Source of the DNA: Mobula hypostoma
Taxonomy: Eukaryota
Length of the DNA stretch: 64,000 nucleotides
NCBI RefSeq assembly: GCF_963921235.1
Contig: NC_086107.1
Location: 98,272,001-98,336,000 of the forward strand
Direction: 5' to 3'
A program made the translations under genes and the position numbers. This document shows, in pieces, positions 25,960-38,420 of the stretch (position 1 is the stretch's first letter; each line of letters begins with the position of its first letter). The notes under the pieces were generated by a model. That model was not told where the DNA came from. It did not search any database and saw nothing but the letters and a program-made list of their open reading frames with translations.

Positions 25960-26919
25960 AATCCTCTAACCCCAGGACAGGCTGTCATCTTTGGCCTTCA
26001 GCCTCCAATGGACTCTCCTTCCACCTAGGTTCTCAACAACCTTCCAGAGTCGGTATTGATTTGATCCAGTTGAGTAACCAGCCTTTATCTGCTTGTGTCA
26101 AATCTGGCTGGTTCTGATGTAAGAGCTGGGGGCGTCCAGTGGAGTATCCATGGAGAGGGGTGTGCGGGGTGAGGGGAAGGTGCGCTCAAACTGATGGCCT
26201 CTCTCTACAAGTGTCATTGTGTAAGGGGGTTGCCTGTGTGGGTGTCTCGCTCTCTCTCTTTACCCAGCACTAGCTGGTTTAGTTTCAGGTTTTCTGCATC
26301 TGCAGTGTCCCCACCTTTCAATCCTGGTCTGTGTCTTTCCACAGGAGCTGCCTGACCGGAGGGATTTTCCCCAACATTCTCCTTCATTCCACAGTCGCAG
26401 TAGTTTAAGTTCCTCTTCTCCATCCTCCCTCCGCCCTTCCTGACTGACCAGCTGAGTATTTTTCATCCCCTTCTAGTCCACACCCTCCTTCACCACGGGC
26501 AGGAGTCATCCAACTTCTCCTGGTCTCTGCCCAATCACAGCCATCCCTTTGGTTTCTGCCATCTGTTCTACAAGTTTAAACACGCTTGTTTCTCATCTCT
26601 TCCCAATTTGTCATCATCTTCAAATTTTAACCTAGTTTCTCTTTCCACCAACCATCAGGCTCCTGAAGTGTGGACAACTTCACTCACCCCAACCCTGAAC
26701 TGAATCGTCAACCTATGGACTCATGTTCAAGGTCTCTGTATGATCTATCTGTCTATCCGTCTGTCTGTCTATCTATCTTGTGATTGCACTGCTCCTGGGA
26801 AACACTGTCTCATTCTGCCTGCAGAGCTGATGTACGGTTAGAATGACAATAAAGTTTTTTGAATCTTGAATCTTGACTCTATCTATCTATCATCTAATTA
26901 TCTATCTATCTTGTTGTTA

Positions 26920-27119
26920 TTCCTTTTCGGGCCTTGTGGCACATCGGGTGCCACTTTTTTGCCATTTCCTTAGCATTTGTCTGGTTTTTTATGAGGAAAA
27001 GTTTCTAACTTGACACTCAACCCATCATGGATGGAAAGTATGCAAGGAGCTTGCCAGATTTGAACCCAGGACAATTCACCTCGAAATCCAGTGGTGATGC
27101 CACCACACCACCAGCTGGC
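26920..27119 (-). mobile_element. tRNA-derived SINE related to 49591-49856
   Basis: Minus strand ccagctggtggtgtggtggcatca...gggttcaaatctggc, embedded in a (TATC)n tract. Confidence 0.65.
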
Positions 27120-27850
27120 TATCTATCTATCTTTTTTATTTATTTGTCCTCTCTTGCACATTGGTCCATCTTTCTTTGATCCAAGAGCAGGGTCTCGGCA
27201 TGAAAAGTCGACTCTTTATTCCTGTCCGTAGGTGCTGCCTGCGCTGCTGAGGTGCTGACCGTACGCAGATTCAGGGAGGTTCACCAAGTGCTGATGATTG
27301 CGCAGAAATTCCCCACTTTGCTGGCCCGCGAGTGACCCTGGGCATGACCTGGGTACAAAGGTGCCCTTCTAAGAGGCGCCTAGGGGTGGCATGTAGGGTA
27401 GCCAGAGCTTGCAGAGATCCATTTGCAGGAAAGGTCATGGAAGGTGACTGGTGTTGTGAGTATACCTGTCCAGGTGTGTGGTGAGTGCCCTCCCCTCACA
27501 CCTGAGCCATGTAGGATGAATCAGACGATAAACAGAGTACACTGCCAACGCAGCTCTTGAAGACACGTCGAGATGTCTGAAACTTTAATCAGAAGGGACC
27601 TCCAGGATATTGACGGAGAGGCAACTTGGTGAGGAGGTGCATCCTGGTCCCAGAGGAATGCTCTTTCATTTGGGTAAGCAGATCAGGTTTAGTACCACCG
27701 GCATATGTCATGAAATTTCTTAACTTTGCGACAGCAGTACAATATAATACATGATAAATACATTAAAAAACTGAAATACAGTAAATATATATATATATAT
27801 ATATATATAAAATAGTTAAAGTGAGTAGTGCAGAAACAGAAATTAAAATA

Positions 27851-28215
27851 AATAGACAATAGCCAATAGGTGCAGGAGTAGGCCATTCGGCCCTTCGAGC
27901 CAGCACCGCCATTCACTGTGATCATGGCTGATCATCCACAATCAGTATCCCGTTCCTGCCCTATCCCCATAACCTTTGATTCCGCTATCTAAGAGCTCTA
28001 TCCATCTCTTTCTTGAAAGCATCTGGAGACTTGGCCTCCACTGCCTTCTGGGGCAGAGCATTCCATATATCCACCACTCTCTGGGTGAAAAAGGTTTTCC
28101 TCAACTCCGTTCTAAATGGCCTACCCCTAATTCTTAAACTGTGGCCTCTGGTTCTGGACTCACCCATCGGCGGGAACATGCTTCCTGCCTCCAGCGTGTC
28201 CAATCCCTTAATAAC
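27851..28215 (-). mobile_element. CR1 3' fragment inserted in a Rex1 3' region (Rex1 continues 28215-28800)
   Basis: IKGLDTLEAG...RKTFFTQRVV with a (CTATTG.)n tail; adjacent minus ORFs 28292-28908 are Rex1-type. Confidence 0.8.
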
Positions 28216-30374
28216 CTGTAATGAGGTATTGTTCATTGGTTCAATGTCCATTCGGAAATCAGATGGCAGAGGGGAAGAAGCTGGTCCTGAATTATTGTGT
28301 GTGTGCCTTCAGGCTCCTGTACCTCCTTCCTGACGGTATCAATGAGAAGAGGGCATGTCCTGGGTGGTGGGGGTCCTTAATGATGGACGCTGCCTTCCTG
28401 AGGTACGGCTCCTTGAAGATATCCTGGATACTACGGAGGCTAGTGCCCATAATGGAGGTGAATAATTTTACAACTTTCTGCAGTTTACTTCGATCCTGTG
28501 CAGTAGCCCCCCACCCCAGACAGTGATACAGACAATCGGGATACTCTCCATGGTACATCTGTAGGAGTTTTCGAGTGTTTTTGGTGACATACTAAATCTC
28601 CTCAGTCTCCTAATGAAATACAGCCACTGTTGTGCCTTCTTTGTAGCTGCATTGATACGTTGGGACCAGGTTAGATCCTCAGAGATATTGATACCTGGGA
28701 ACTTGAAATTACTTACTCTTTCCACTTCTATGAGGGCTGGTGTGTGTTTCCTCATCTTACCCTTTCTGAAGTCCACAATCAGCTCGTTGGTCTTACCGAC
28801 GTTACCATTCATGAATGTCTGAGAGACAACGTACACTTGAACTTGAGACTGCTGAGCTTTATCCTGTTCAAACGGGAAACAGCTGCAGGTTCTGGAAATA
28901 TGAAACAAAACTGGAAAATGCCAGAAGTAAAAACACAGTTATGAGGGATATAGATAGAGCAAATGAAAGCAGGCTTTTTCCACTGAGGTTGAGTGAGATT
29001 AGAACTAGAGGTTATGGATTAAGGGTGAAAGGTGAAATGTTCAAGGGGGAATATGAGGGGAATCTTCTTCACTCAAAGGGTGGTGAGAGTGTGGAATGAG
29101 TTGCTGGTGGAAATGATGGGTGTGGGTTCGATTTCAATATTTAAGAGACGTTTGGATAAGTACATGGATGGGAGGGGTATGGGAGGGCTATGGTCCAGGT
29201 GCTGGTTGATGGGACCAGGCAAAGTAATAGTTCAGCATGGACTAGATGGGCTGAAGAGCCTGTTTCTGTGCTGTGGAGTCTGTGACCCCAAGTAGTCAGC
29301 CGGCTGGTCAGCATCTCTCGAAGGAGAAAGAGCATCAATATCCCCACCATGGAAGAGCATTGCCCCCAGCTCACTGAGCACCAAAGTCAGGGCGAGCCAG
29401 TCCTGACACAAACTGGAAAGGCTGGTTATCTGAGACTGCTGAGTCCAATATTGTGTCCTGCAAGCTGAGACGGAAGGTGGGGTGCTGTTGCCTGAGCTCG
29501 GGATGGGCTCCATTGGAAGGGTAAGGGAGATTAAAGCGAGACAGGTCAGAGTGGGAGACGGATGGAGAATTCCATCTGTCGCTGCATTCTGAGCTTCCCC
29601 CCCTCCATTCCCCTCCACAGATACTGCCTGACCTGCTGAGTTCCTGCCATATTTGTTCGTTGCTCCAGATTCCAGGATCTGCAGACTCTTGTGTCTTCAC
29701 TTTTCCACTAGCCTTTCTCATTCTGACCCGTCTCCCTAAATCTGCAGAAACCTGCTTAACAAGGCCCAACCTCTGACATCACAATCTAACCAACCAGGGC
29801 AGTGCTCTTGTGATCAGGTGACCTGACCCCTCACCCCCACCCCCCCACATCAGCTCTCAGACTCATCTTCATTCCTCTCTCTATGTCTCCATGGTTTGGT
29901 TATTATCTCTACCTTCACCTCATGGTACTGTCCCACGTAACCAGAGGAGATGGACCACCTTTCCGATTAACTCTTTATTTCTCAACACTGAAGGGCCCAA
30001 ATAATCCTTCCAGGTAAAGCAATGGTTCACCTGCACTTCTGATTTAATGTTTTATTTTTGGTAATCTCCTCTACGTCAGAGAAGATTAGTTGACCATTCA
30101 GTCTGTAGGGGTAACACTGAGATACCATGTGCCAACATACTCCCACCCCTGTTGTGTGTGGGATTGTATTGCTTCACAGAAACCCAACATAAATTTCTCA
30201 GATTTAGGTTCAGATTTATGTATCACATATACATTGAAACATATGGTGAAACATGTCGTTTGTGTGAACAGCCAGCACACCCAAGGATGGTGCGAGGGGC
30301 AGGCCAAAAGAGTCGCCACTCGTTCCAGTGACAGCATAGTGCACCCGCAGTGGTTGTCAGAACCACACATAACA

Positions 30375-30855
30375 TAAACACAAAATAATCTGCAGATGCT
30401 GTGATCAAAGCAACACTTTCAGTGCGCTGGATGAACTCAGCAGGTCGGGCAGCATCAGTAAGAAACAACGAGTCGTTGTTTTGAGCTGGAACCCTTCGTC
30501 AGGACTGAAGAATGAAAGATGGGGAAGGATTTGAAGAATGCTTGTAGCTTCAGTTGAAAGACCAGTAATTTGAAAGACAAAGGGGTGGGGGAGGGGAAGC
30601 ATTGACGTCATAGCCCTGAAAACAATGGGTAGTAGAAGAAGGAGGCGGAACCATAAGGGAGGTGAGAGGCAGTGGGGGGAGGGGGTAGAGTGAAATAGGG
30701 ACAGAGGAAGGGAGGGGGAGGGAATTACCGGAAGTTGGAGAATTCTATGTTCATACCAAGGGGCTGAAGACTACCTAGACAGTATATGAGGTGTTGCTCC
30801 TCCAACCTGAGTTTAGCCTCATCATGGCAGTAGAGGAGGCCATGTATGGACATAC
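30375..30855 (-). mobile_element. Penelope-like 3' remnant with pseudo-LTR
   Basis: Similar to 14505-14910 plus 15418-15490; hammerhead-like cagtcCTGACGAagggttccagctcaaaa at ~30470-30508. Confidence 0.75.
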
Positions 30856-32163
30856 ATACATACATACCACACAGAACATGCCAAGCGATAAAGCAACAAC
30901 AGCAAAACTAGCCCCATTCCTCGCTCCAATGAACCCAGCCACGTACAGTCTTCTAAGCCCAGGACAGGCTGGTGGCTCCCTGCCTCCAGTCTCCGACAGA
31001 ACACTGGGGGTGTCCAGTGAGTTTTGAGCTGTGTCCATGGAGAGGAGTGCAGGGCTGGCTCTCAAATTGATGACCTCTCTCAGCAAGTGTCATTGTGTAA
31101 GGGTGTTGACTATGTCTCTCCCTCTTTACCCAGTTTGCTACTTCATGCATTTCCCCCTTCATTCCCCTCCACAGATGATCCATGAGCTGCTGAGCTCCTG
31201 CCGTGTTTTGTTTGTTGATCCCGATTCCAGGGTCTGTAGACTCTTGTGTCTTCACTGTTCCACTGGCCTTTCTCACTCTAAACTATCTCCCCGGAATCGG
31301 TTTTGTCTCAGGTTTTCTGCACCTGCACCATTTAGTCCTGGCCTACGTCTGGCATAAGATATCCTCTTTCCACAGAAGCTGCCTGACCTGAGGGATTTTC
31401 CCCAACATTCTCCTTCATTCCACAGTTGCAATGGGTTAAGTTCCTCTTCTCTGTCCTCCCTCCACCTCCACGCCTCCTGACTGACCAGCTGAGTATTTTT
31501 CATCCTCTTCTAGTCCACACCCTTCTTCACCACGGGCAGAAGTCATGCAACCTCTCCTGGTCCCTGCCCAATCACAGCTGTCCCTTTGGTTCCTGCCAAC
31601 CATTCTATGTGTTAAAACATGCTTTCTTTTCAAATCTTCCCAGTTGTGGTAAAAAACATCATCAAAAAATTTAACTCTGTTCAAAGTTCATCTTTTTGTC
31701 ATCTGATTGTACATTTATAGAACCAAATGAAACTATGTTCCTCCGGACCATGGTACACCCACAAAGCATACATCACACACAGCCCATGAAAGAAAATATT
31801 ACCATAAATAAAGGGTGGCAGGGTGGAGATACATTGCTGCCAAAGCAGGTATAAAGTGCAGCTTCCTTCTGATAGCCTGCAGGTCATCCTTGGGCAAGGT
31901 GTAGCACCTGCTAAGCTCCCCACTCCTTGCCCCGTCCCCCGATCAGGGTCACGTGAAACCATGGGAGCTGGTGGTGGATGGTTGTATGAGTAGCTGGTGC
32001 ATATCACAAGTCCTGGTTGACGCCAGGCAGACAATTTCTGAAGAGTATTGATAACCTCTGGCAGAAGAAATTCCTCCTCACCTCAGTGTTAATGGAACGC
32101 CCCTTGCCCCTTTATTCTGAGCCTGGGCCCTGAGATCTTTGACACTCATACTAATGGAAATAT

Positions 32164-32858
32164 CATAGAAACATAGAAACATAGAAAATAGGTGCAGGAG
32201 TAGGCCATTCGGCCCTTTGAGCCTGCACCACCATTTATTATGATCATGGCTGATCATCCAACTCAGAACCCTGCCCCAGCCTTCCCTCCATACCCCCTGA
32301 CCCCCGTAGCCACAAGGGCCATATCTAACTCCCTCTTAAATATAGCCAATGAACTGGCCTCAACTGTTTCCTGTGGCAGAGAATTCCACAGATTCACCAC
32401 TCTCTGTGTGAAGAAGTTTTTCCTAATCTCGGTCCTAAAAGGCTTCCCCTCTATCCTCAAACTGTGGCCCCTCGTTTTGGACTTCCCCAACATCGGGAAC
32501 AATCTTCCTGCATCTAGCCTGTCCAATCCCTTTAGGATTTTATACATTTCAATCAGATCCCCCCTCAATCTTCTAAATTCCAACGAGTACAAGCCCAGTT
32601 CATCCAGTCTTTCTTCATATGAAAGTCCCGCCATCCCAGGAATCAATCTGGTGAACCTTCTTTGTACTCCCTCTATGGCAAGGATGTCTTTCCTCAGATT
32701 AGGGGACCAAAACTGCACTCAATACTCCAGGTGTGGTCTCACCAAGGCCTTGTACAACTGCAGTAGTACCTCCCTGCTCCTGTACTCGAATCCTCTCGCT
32801 ATAAATGCCAGCATACCATTCGCCTTTTTCACCGCCTGCTGTACCTGCATGCCCACTT
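32164..32858 (-). mobile_element. Young 5'-truncated CR1
   Basis: ORF 32263-32718 nearly identical to the end of 36753-37868; (TTTCTATG)n tail. Confidence 0.92.
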
Positions 32859-33136
32859 CATGTCCACCCTAACCAGCCCTTCCAGTATCCAGTAGATTTC
32901 AATGGGATTCCCCCTCATCTTTCTGGTCCTAATGCAGGTAAATAGGATTAGGGAAGATGGACAAAGAGATAGCATGAGAGAAGATGGGCTGAAGTGCCTG
33001 CTTCTGTGCTGTGTGATTATATTGCAAAAGTAAGTGAATTGTAAAGACAGATCCAGCGATAGGGAGCACATGTACTGACAATTGGTGAGGCACTTAGAAA
33101 AAAAAGCAAGTAGGGAAAGCAATAGATTATAACCAT

Positions 33137-33787
33137 AGATTAGATTAGATTATGAGGACACGCAGTCCTCTTTTATTGTCATTTAGTAATGCATGCATTA
33201 AGAAATGATACAATGTTTTTCCAGAATGATATCACAGAAACACATGACAAACCAAGACTGAAAAACTGACAAAAACTACATAATTATAACATATAGTTAC
33301 AACAGTGCAAAGCAATACCGTAATTTGATAAGAACAGACCATGGGCACAGTAAAATCTCAAAGTCTCTTGAAAGTCCCATCATCTCACGCAGACAGTGAA
33401 CCTCCAGCACTGCAAACTTGCCGATGCAGCATGCTGGAAGCATCCAACCACAGTCCAACTCCGAGTCCATCCGAAAACTCCGAGCCTCCGACCAGCCCTC
33501 CGACACTGAGGACCAAGCACCATCCCTGCCGAGTGCTTCGACCCTGGCCCTAGCCACAGGCAATAGGCAAGGCCGAGGATTTGGGGCCTTCCCTCCGGAG
33601 ATTCTCGATCGCACAGTAGCAGCGGCAGCGAAGCGGGCATTTCAGAAGTTTCTCCAGATGTTCCTCCGTGCTTCTCACATCTGTCTCCATCAAATCAGAA
33701 TTGTGCACGGCATCCTACTTCACAGATACGATATAATTCGGAACAGCCGCGTGCGCTGCATCACGCCACCATCTTCTCCTCCCTCCC
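33137..33787 (-). mobile_element. ~650 bp non-autonomous retroposon, copy 1
   Basis: Starts gggagggaggagaagatgg, ends in AATAAA plus a (TAATC)n tail; homologous end-to-end to 51562-52179. Confidence 0.7.
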
Positions 33788-34708
33788 AATATAAGCAAGA
33801 AAATGGGAAATGATAAGAGAGATATTTACCTCAAGTTAGAAAATGCAAACTTCATTGCAGAAGGCTGCAAAGTGCTAGAGCAGGGTCTCCCAATCTTCTG
33901 TATGCCATGGACCAATACCATTAAGCAAGGAGTCCATGGTCACCAGGTTGGGAGCCTTCAGCCCCGAAAAAAGATGAGGTGATGTTGCTTACTTTGTGCC
34001 TGACTATGGAAGGGGAGGAAACTGCATAAGTTCGAGCAGATGTTGATCGTTCGTTATGTATGACATGGACAATCATGGTCCTTCCATGGCCTTGCATGTT
34101 CTTGGAAAAAATTTCCTCAGAAGTGGTTTGCCTTCTTCTGGGCAAGATGGGTGACACTCCTCAGAGAGTGTCTGCCTGGTGTCAGCGGTCGCATAACCAG
34201 GACATGTGATGTGCACCAGCCAATGTGGGATTGGGAATCGAGGTGGGGGTAATACGAAACTCAGGTCAGCACCCACCCCCCAGGGACTGGGCATGGGTGC
34301 TCTGCGAAGCGATCTCCTCGTGCAGCTCTGGTTTTCCCAGTGTGGAGGAGGTCACTCTGTGAGGATGTTCAGGTGAGCTGCAGCAACACCTGGATGGTGG
34401 GAAGGGAAAAGGTGGATCAGCAGGCACAGCGGCTCCCCCAGTTGCCTGGAAAAGTGCCCTGAGTGTTGGAGAGATGGGTGGGGTCGGAATAGTCACCAAG
34501 CAAACGGCCCCTGCACAACGGGAGGATGAGGGGAGGATGTGACCGGTGGATCACTTTGGAGCTGGCAGAAACAGCAAAGGACAATGTACTGAACACAAAA
34601 GTCTGTGGGGGGTGGGGGAAGGGGTGGAAGGTGATCACCAGGAGAAACTCTATCTTTGCTCGTCCTGGGGGAGAGGAGCTGAAAGCAGGCTCAAGAGAAA
34701 TAAAGTAC

Positions 34709-34948
34709 TGTTGTGTATTTAATATTTCAGTGATATTTGAGTCATTTTGTAACTATGTTGTTGATTAAGCATTCTTTGTTTAAATAATTCATTACGGGTT
34801 CTCTGTAAAAATAGGTACATTTTATACGTCATGATGCTACCACGCGATACGTGCCCGCCGTGCTTAAGCTAAAGACTCGCATCAGTTTGGACTCCAGTCT
34901 TTTTATTGCAATTAGTTTTTTTTATGTTTTGAAGTTACAAACATAACA
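34709..34948. mobile_element. Possible short LTR
   Basis: AT-rich 240 bp bounded by tgttgtgt ... acataaca inverted ends; no matching TSD (gtac vs ccaa). Confidence 0.45.
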
Positions 34949-34999
34949 CCAAATTTCATTTCGCAGAGTCTGTGGTTCCACCAGTTCCGAGAACTCAGT

Positions 35000-35500
35000 G
35001 AGCGGTGGGAACTGGGTTCTTTGGAAGTGGGCCCAGCTGGCAGTTGGCTCTCATGGGCCCTTCGACTGTGTGCTTCTTGGACATAGGAATGGCTTCCTGG
35101 GCCAGGCCCAAGACTCCCTGACTGACTCACTTCCCTCGGCACGGGTCCTCAAAGATCAAGTGCATCGAGAACTTGAGGAGCAGTCCCCTTTCAGAGAGTC
35201 GGACGAAGGCTCCGCTGTCTCGTGCACTTCTAATGGACGTGGTCGCACTGCAGAGATGGGAAGCGGGTGTCAGAGTCTGTGAACAAGGGTCTGTGTGGAA
35301 GCTGCCCAGTGCAACAGCATCCACCCCAGGTCTCCGGTGTAAAAAGGGTGGAACACTGGACACCCCACCCGAAGCCCTACTTGCTGCGAGATGGCAGAAT
35401 AGACCAGCATGGTGTGCCCGACTGAGGGGAAGGAAGTGGAGGTCATACAGGAGCTGCTGATGAAGAAAATTGCTTAGTGTTGTGTTGGATGGCAAGAAGA
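35000..35500 (-). pseudogene. L1/Tx1-clade ORF2 C-terminal (zf-RVT) remnant
   Basis: Frameshifted IGDLGWMLLH...RGLLLKFSMHLIF...LGLAQEAI resembles the Tx1 C-terminus. Confidence 0.55.
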
Positions 35501-35576
35501 ATGTTTTTGAGACAAGGTTCAGATCATGTGGCTCTCTATTACAGTACATGTGTAGATAAGAACATAAGAAATAGGA

Positions 35577-35762
35577 AACAACAGGAAATCTGCAGATGCT
35601 GGAGATTCAAGCAACACACATCAAAGTTGCTGGTGAACGCAGCAGGCCAGGCAGCATCTCTAGGAAGAGGTACAGTTGACATTTCAGGCCGAGACCTGTA
35701 CATCTTCCTAGAGATGCTGCCTGGCCTGCTGCGTTCACCAGCAACTTTGGTGTGTGTTGCTG
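35577..35762. mobile_element. Penelope-derived palindromic element inserted in a CR1 tail
   Basis: ~65-bp near-perfect arms spanning 35611-35760; 13-bp TSD ataagaaatagga at 35564-35576 and 35763-35775. Confidence 0.85.
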
Positions 35763-35934
35763 ATAAGAAATAGGAGCAGGAGTCGGCCATCTGCCCTGTC
35801 GAGCCTGCTCCGCCATTCAATAAGATCGTGGCTGACCTGGCCATGGACTCGTCTCCACCTATCTGCCTTGTCCCCCTTAACCCTAAATTTCCCCTGCTGT
35901 GCAAAAATCCATCCAACAGCTTTCACCTTTCAAT

Positions 35935-38420
35935 CCCCGCCCCCTGCTGTACTCACTGTACCCCCATGATTGTGTAGCCAAGTTTCCATCGAACTCAATA
36001 TATAAGTTTGCTGATGACGCCACAATTGCAGGCCGTATCTCAGGTAATGATGAGATTGAGTACAGAGAGGAAGTTAAGAACCCGGTGGCATGGTGCGAAG
36101 ACAATAACCTATCCCTCAACATCAGCAAGACGAAGGAATTGGTTGTTGACTTCAGAAGGAGTAGCGGACCTCATGACCCCATCTACATCGGTGGTGCACA
36201 GATGGAACAGGTCAAAAGCTTTAAGTTCCTCGGGGTCAATATCACAAATGACCTGACTTGGTCCAACCAAGCAGAGTCCACTGCCAAGAAGGCCCACCAG
36301 CGCCTTTACTTCCTGAGAAACGTAAAGAAATTTGGCCTGTCCCCTAAAACCCTCACTAATTTTTATAGATGCACCGTAGAAAGCATTCTTCTAGGGTGTA
36401 TCACAACCTGGTATGGAAGTTGTCCTGTCCAAGACTGGAAGAAGCTGCAGAAGATAATTTTTCAAAACTCGTTAGATTCTGGACTAGTTCCTGAGGATTG
36501 GAGGGTGGCTAATGTAACCCCACTTTTTAAAAAAGGAGGGAGAGAGAAACCGGGGAATTATAGACCGGTTAGCCTAACGTCGGTGGTGGGGAAACTGCTG
36601 GAGTCAGTTATCAAAGATGTGATAACAGCACATTTGGAAAGCGGTGAAATGATCGGACAAAGTCAGCATGGATTTGTGAAAGGAAAACCATGTCTGACGA
36701 ATCTCATAGAATTTTTTGAGGGTGTAACTAGTAGAGTGGATGGGGAGAACCAGTGGATGTGGTGTATTTGGATTTTCAAAAGGCTTTTGACAAGGTCCCA
36801 CACAGGAGATTAGTGTGCAAACTTAAAGCACATGGTATTGGGGGTAAGGTATTGGTGTGGGTGGAGAATTGGTTAGCAGACAGGAAGCAAAGAGTGGGAA
36901 TAAACGGGACCTTTTCAGAATGGCAGGCAGTGACTAGTGGGGTACCGCAAGGCTCAGTGCTGGGACCCCAGTTGTTTACAATATATATTAATGACTTGGA
37001 TGAGGGAATTAAATGCAGCATCTCCAAGTTTGCGGATGACACAAAGCTGGGTGGCAGTGTTAGCTGTGAGGAGGATGCTAAGAGGATGCAGGGTGACTTG
37101 GATAGGTTGGGTGAGTGGGCAAATTCATGGCAGATGCAATTTAATGTGGATAAATGTGAAGTTATCCACTTTGGTGGCAAAAATAGGAAAACAGATTATT
37201 ATCTGAATGGTGGCCGATTAGGAAAAGGGGAGGTGCAACGAGACCTGGGTGTCATTATACACCAGTCATTGAAAGTGGGCATGCAGGTACAGCAGGCGGT
37301 GAAAAAGGCGAATGGTATGCTGGCATTTATAGCGAGAGGATTCGAGTACAGGAGCAGGGAGGTACTACTGCAGTTGTACAAGGCCTTAGTGAGACCACAT
37401 CTGGAGTATTGTGTGCAGTTTTGGTCCCCTAATCTGAGGAAAGACATCTTTGCCATAGAGGGAGTACAAAGAAGGTTCACCAGATTGATTCCTGGGATGG
37501 CAGGACTTTCATATGAAGAAAGACTGGATGAACTGGGCTTGTACTCGTTGGAATTTAGAAGATTGAGGGGGGATCTGATTGAAACGTATAAAATCCTAAA
37601 GGGATTGGACAGGCTAGATGCAGGAAGATTGTTCCCGATGTTGGGGAAGTCCAGAACGAGGGGCCACAGTTTGAGGATAGAGGGGAAGCCTTTTAGGACC
37701 GAGATTAGGAAAAACTTCTTCACACAGAGAGTGGTGAATCTGTGGAATTCTCTGCCACAGGAAACAGTTGAGGCCAGTTCATTGGCTATGTTTAAGAGGG
37801 AGTTAGATATGGCCCTTGTGGCTACGGGGGTCAGGGGGTATGGAGGGAAGGCTGGGGCGGGGTTCTGAGTTGGATGATCAGCCATGATCATAATAAATGG
37901 CGGTGCAGGCTCGAAGGGACGAATGGCCTACTCCTGCACCTATTTTCTATGTTTCTATGTTTCTAAGATCATGAACACAGTCCAGCACATCACACAAACC
38001 AATCTTCCGTCCTTGGACTCACTTTACACCGCACGCTGTCGGAGCAGTGCTGCCGGGATAATCAAGGACACGACCCACCCAGCCAACACACTTTTCATCC
38101 CTCTTCCCTCCGGGAGAAGGCTCAGGAGCTTGAAGACTCGTACGGCCAGATTTGGGAACAGCTTCTTTCCATCTGTGATAAGACTGCTGAACGGATCCTG
38201 ACCCAGATCTGGGCCATACCCTCCAAATATCTGGACTTGCCTCTCGGTTTTTTTGCACTACCTTACTTTCCCTTTTCTATTTATGATTTATAATTAAAAT
38301 TTTTATTATATTTACTATGATTTGTACTCCAGGGAGCGTGAAGCTCAGAATCAAATATCACTGTGATGATTGTACGCTCTAGTATCAATTGTTTGGCGAC
38401 GATAAAGTAAAGTAAAGTAA
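35935..38420 (+). mobile_element. Young Rex1/Babar LINE 3' part split by a CR1
   Basis: PLLYSLYPHDC...KFADDATI...KKLQK at 35935-36455 resumes IMNTVQHIT...SFFPSVIRLLN at 37965-38201; (TAAAG)n tail near 38400-38420. Confidence 0.88.
36456..37964 (+). mobile_element. Young 5'-truncated CR1 (RT domain) with a 1-bp deletion near 36742
   Basis: Near-identical to 61740-63242; TSD aagat at 36451-36455 and 37965-37969. Confidence 0.93.

Noticed and set aside
37199..37891. Antisense ORFs over CR1 ORF2 (also 32240-32872, 40269-40772, 60485-60988)
   Set aside because: Shadow frames of RT/EN coding sequence; they recur only because the copies are near-identical.
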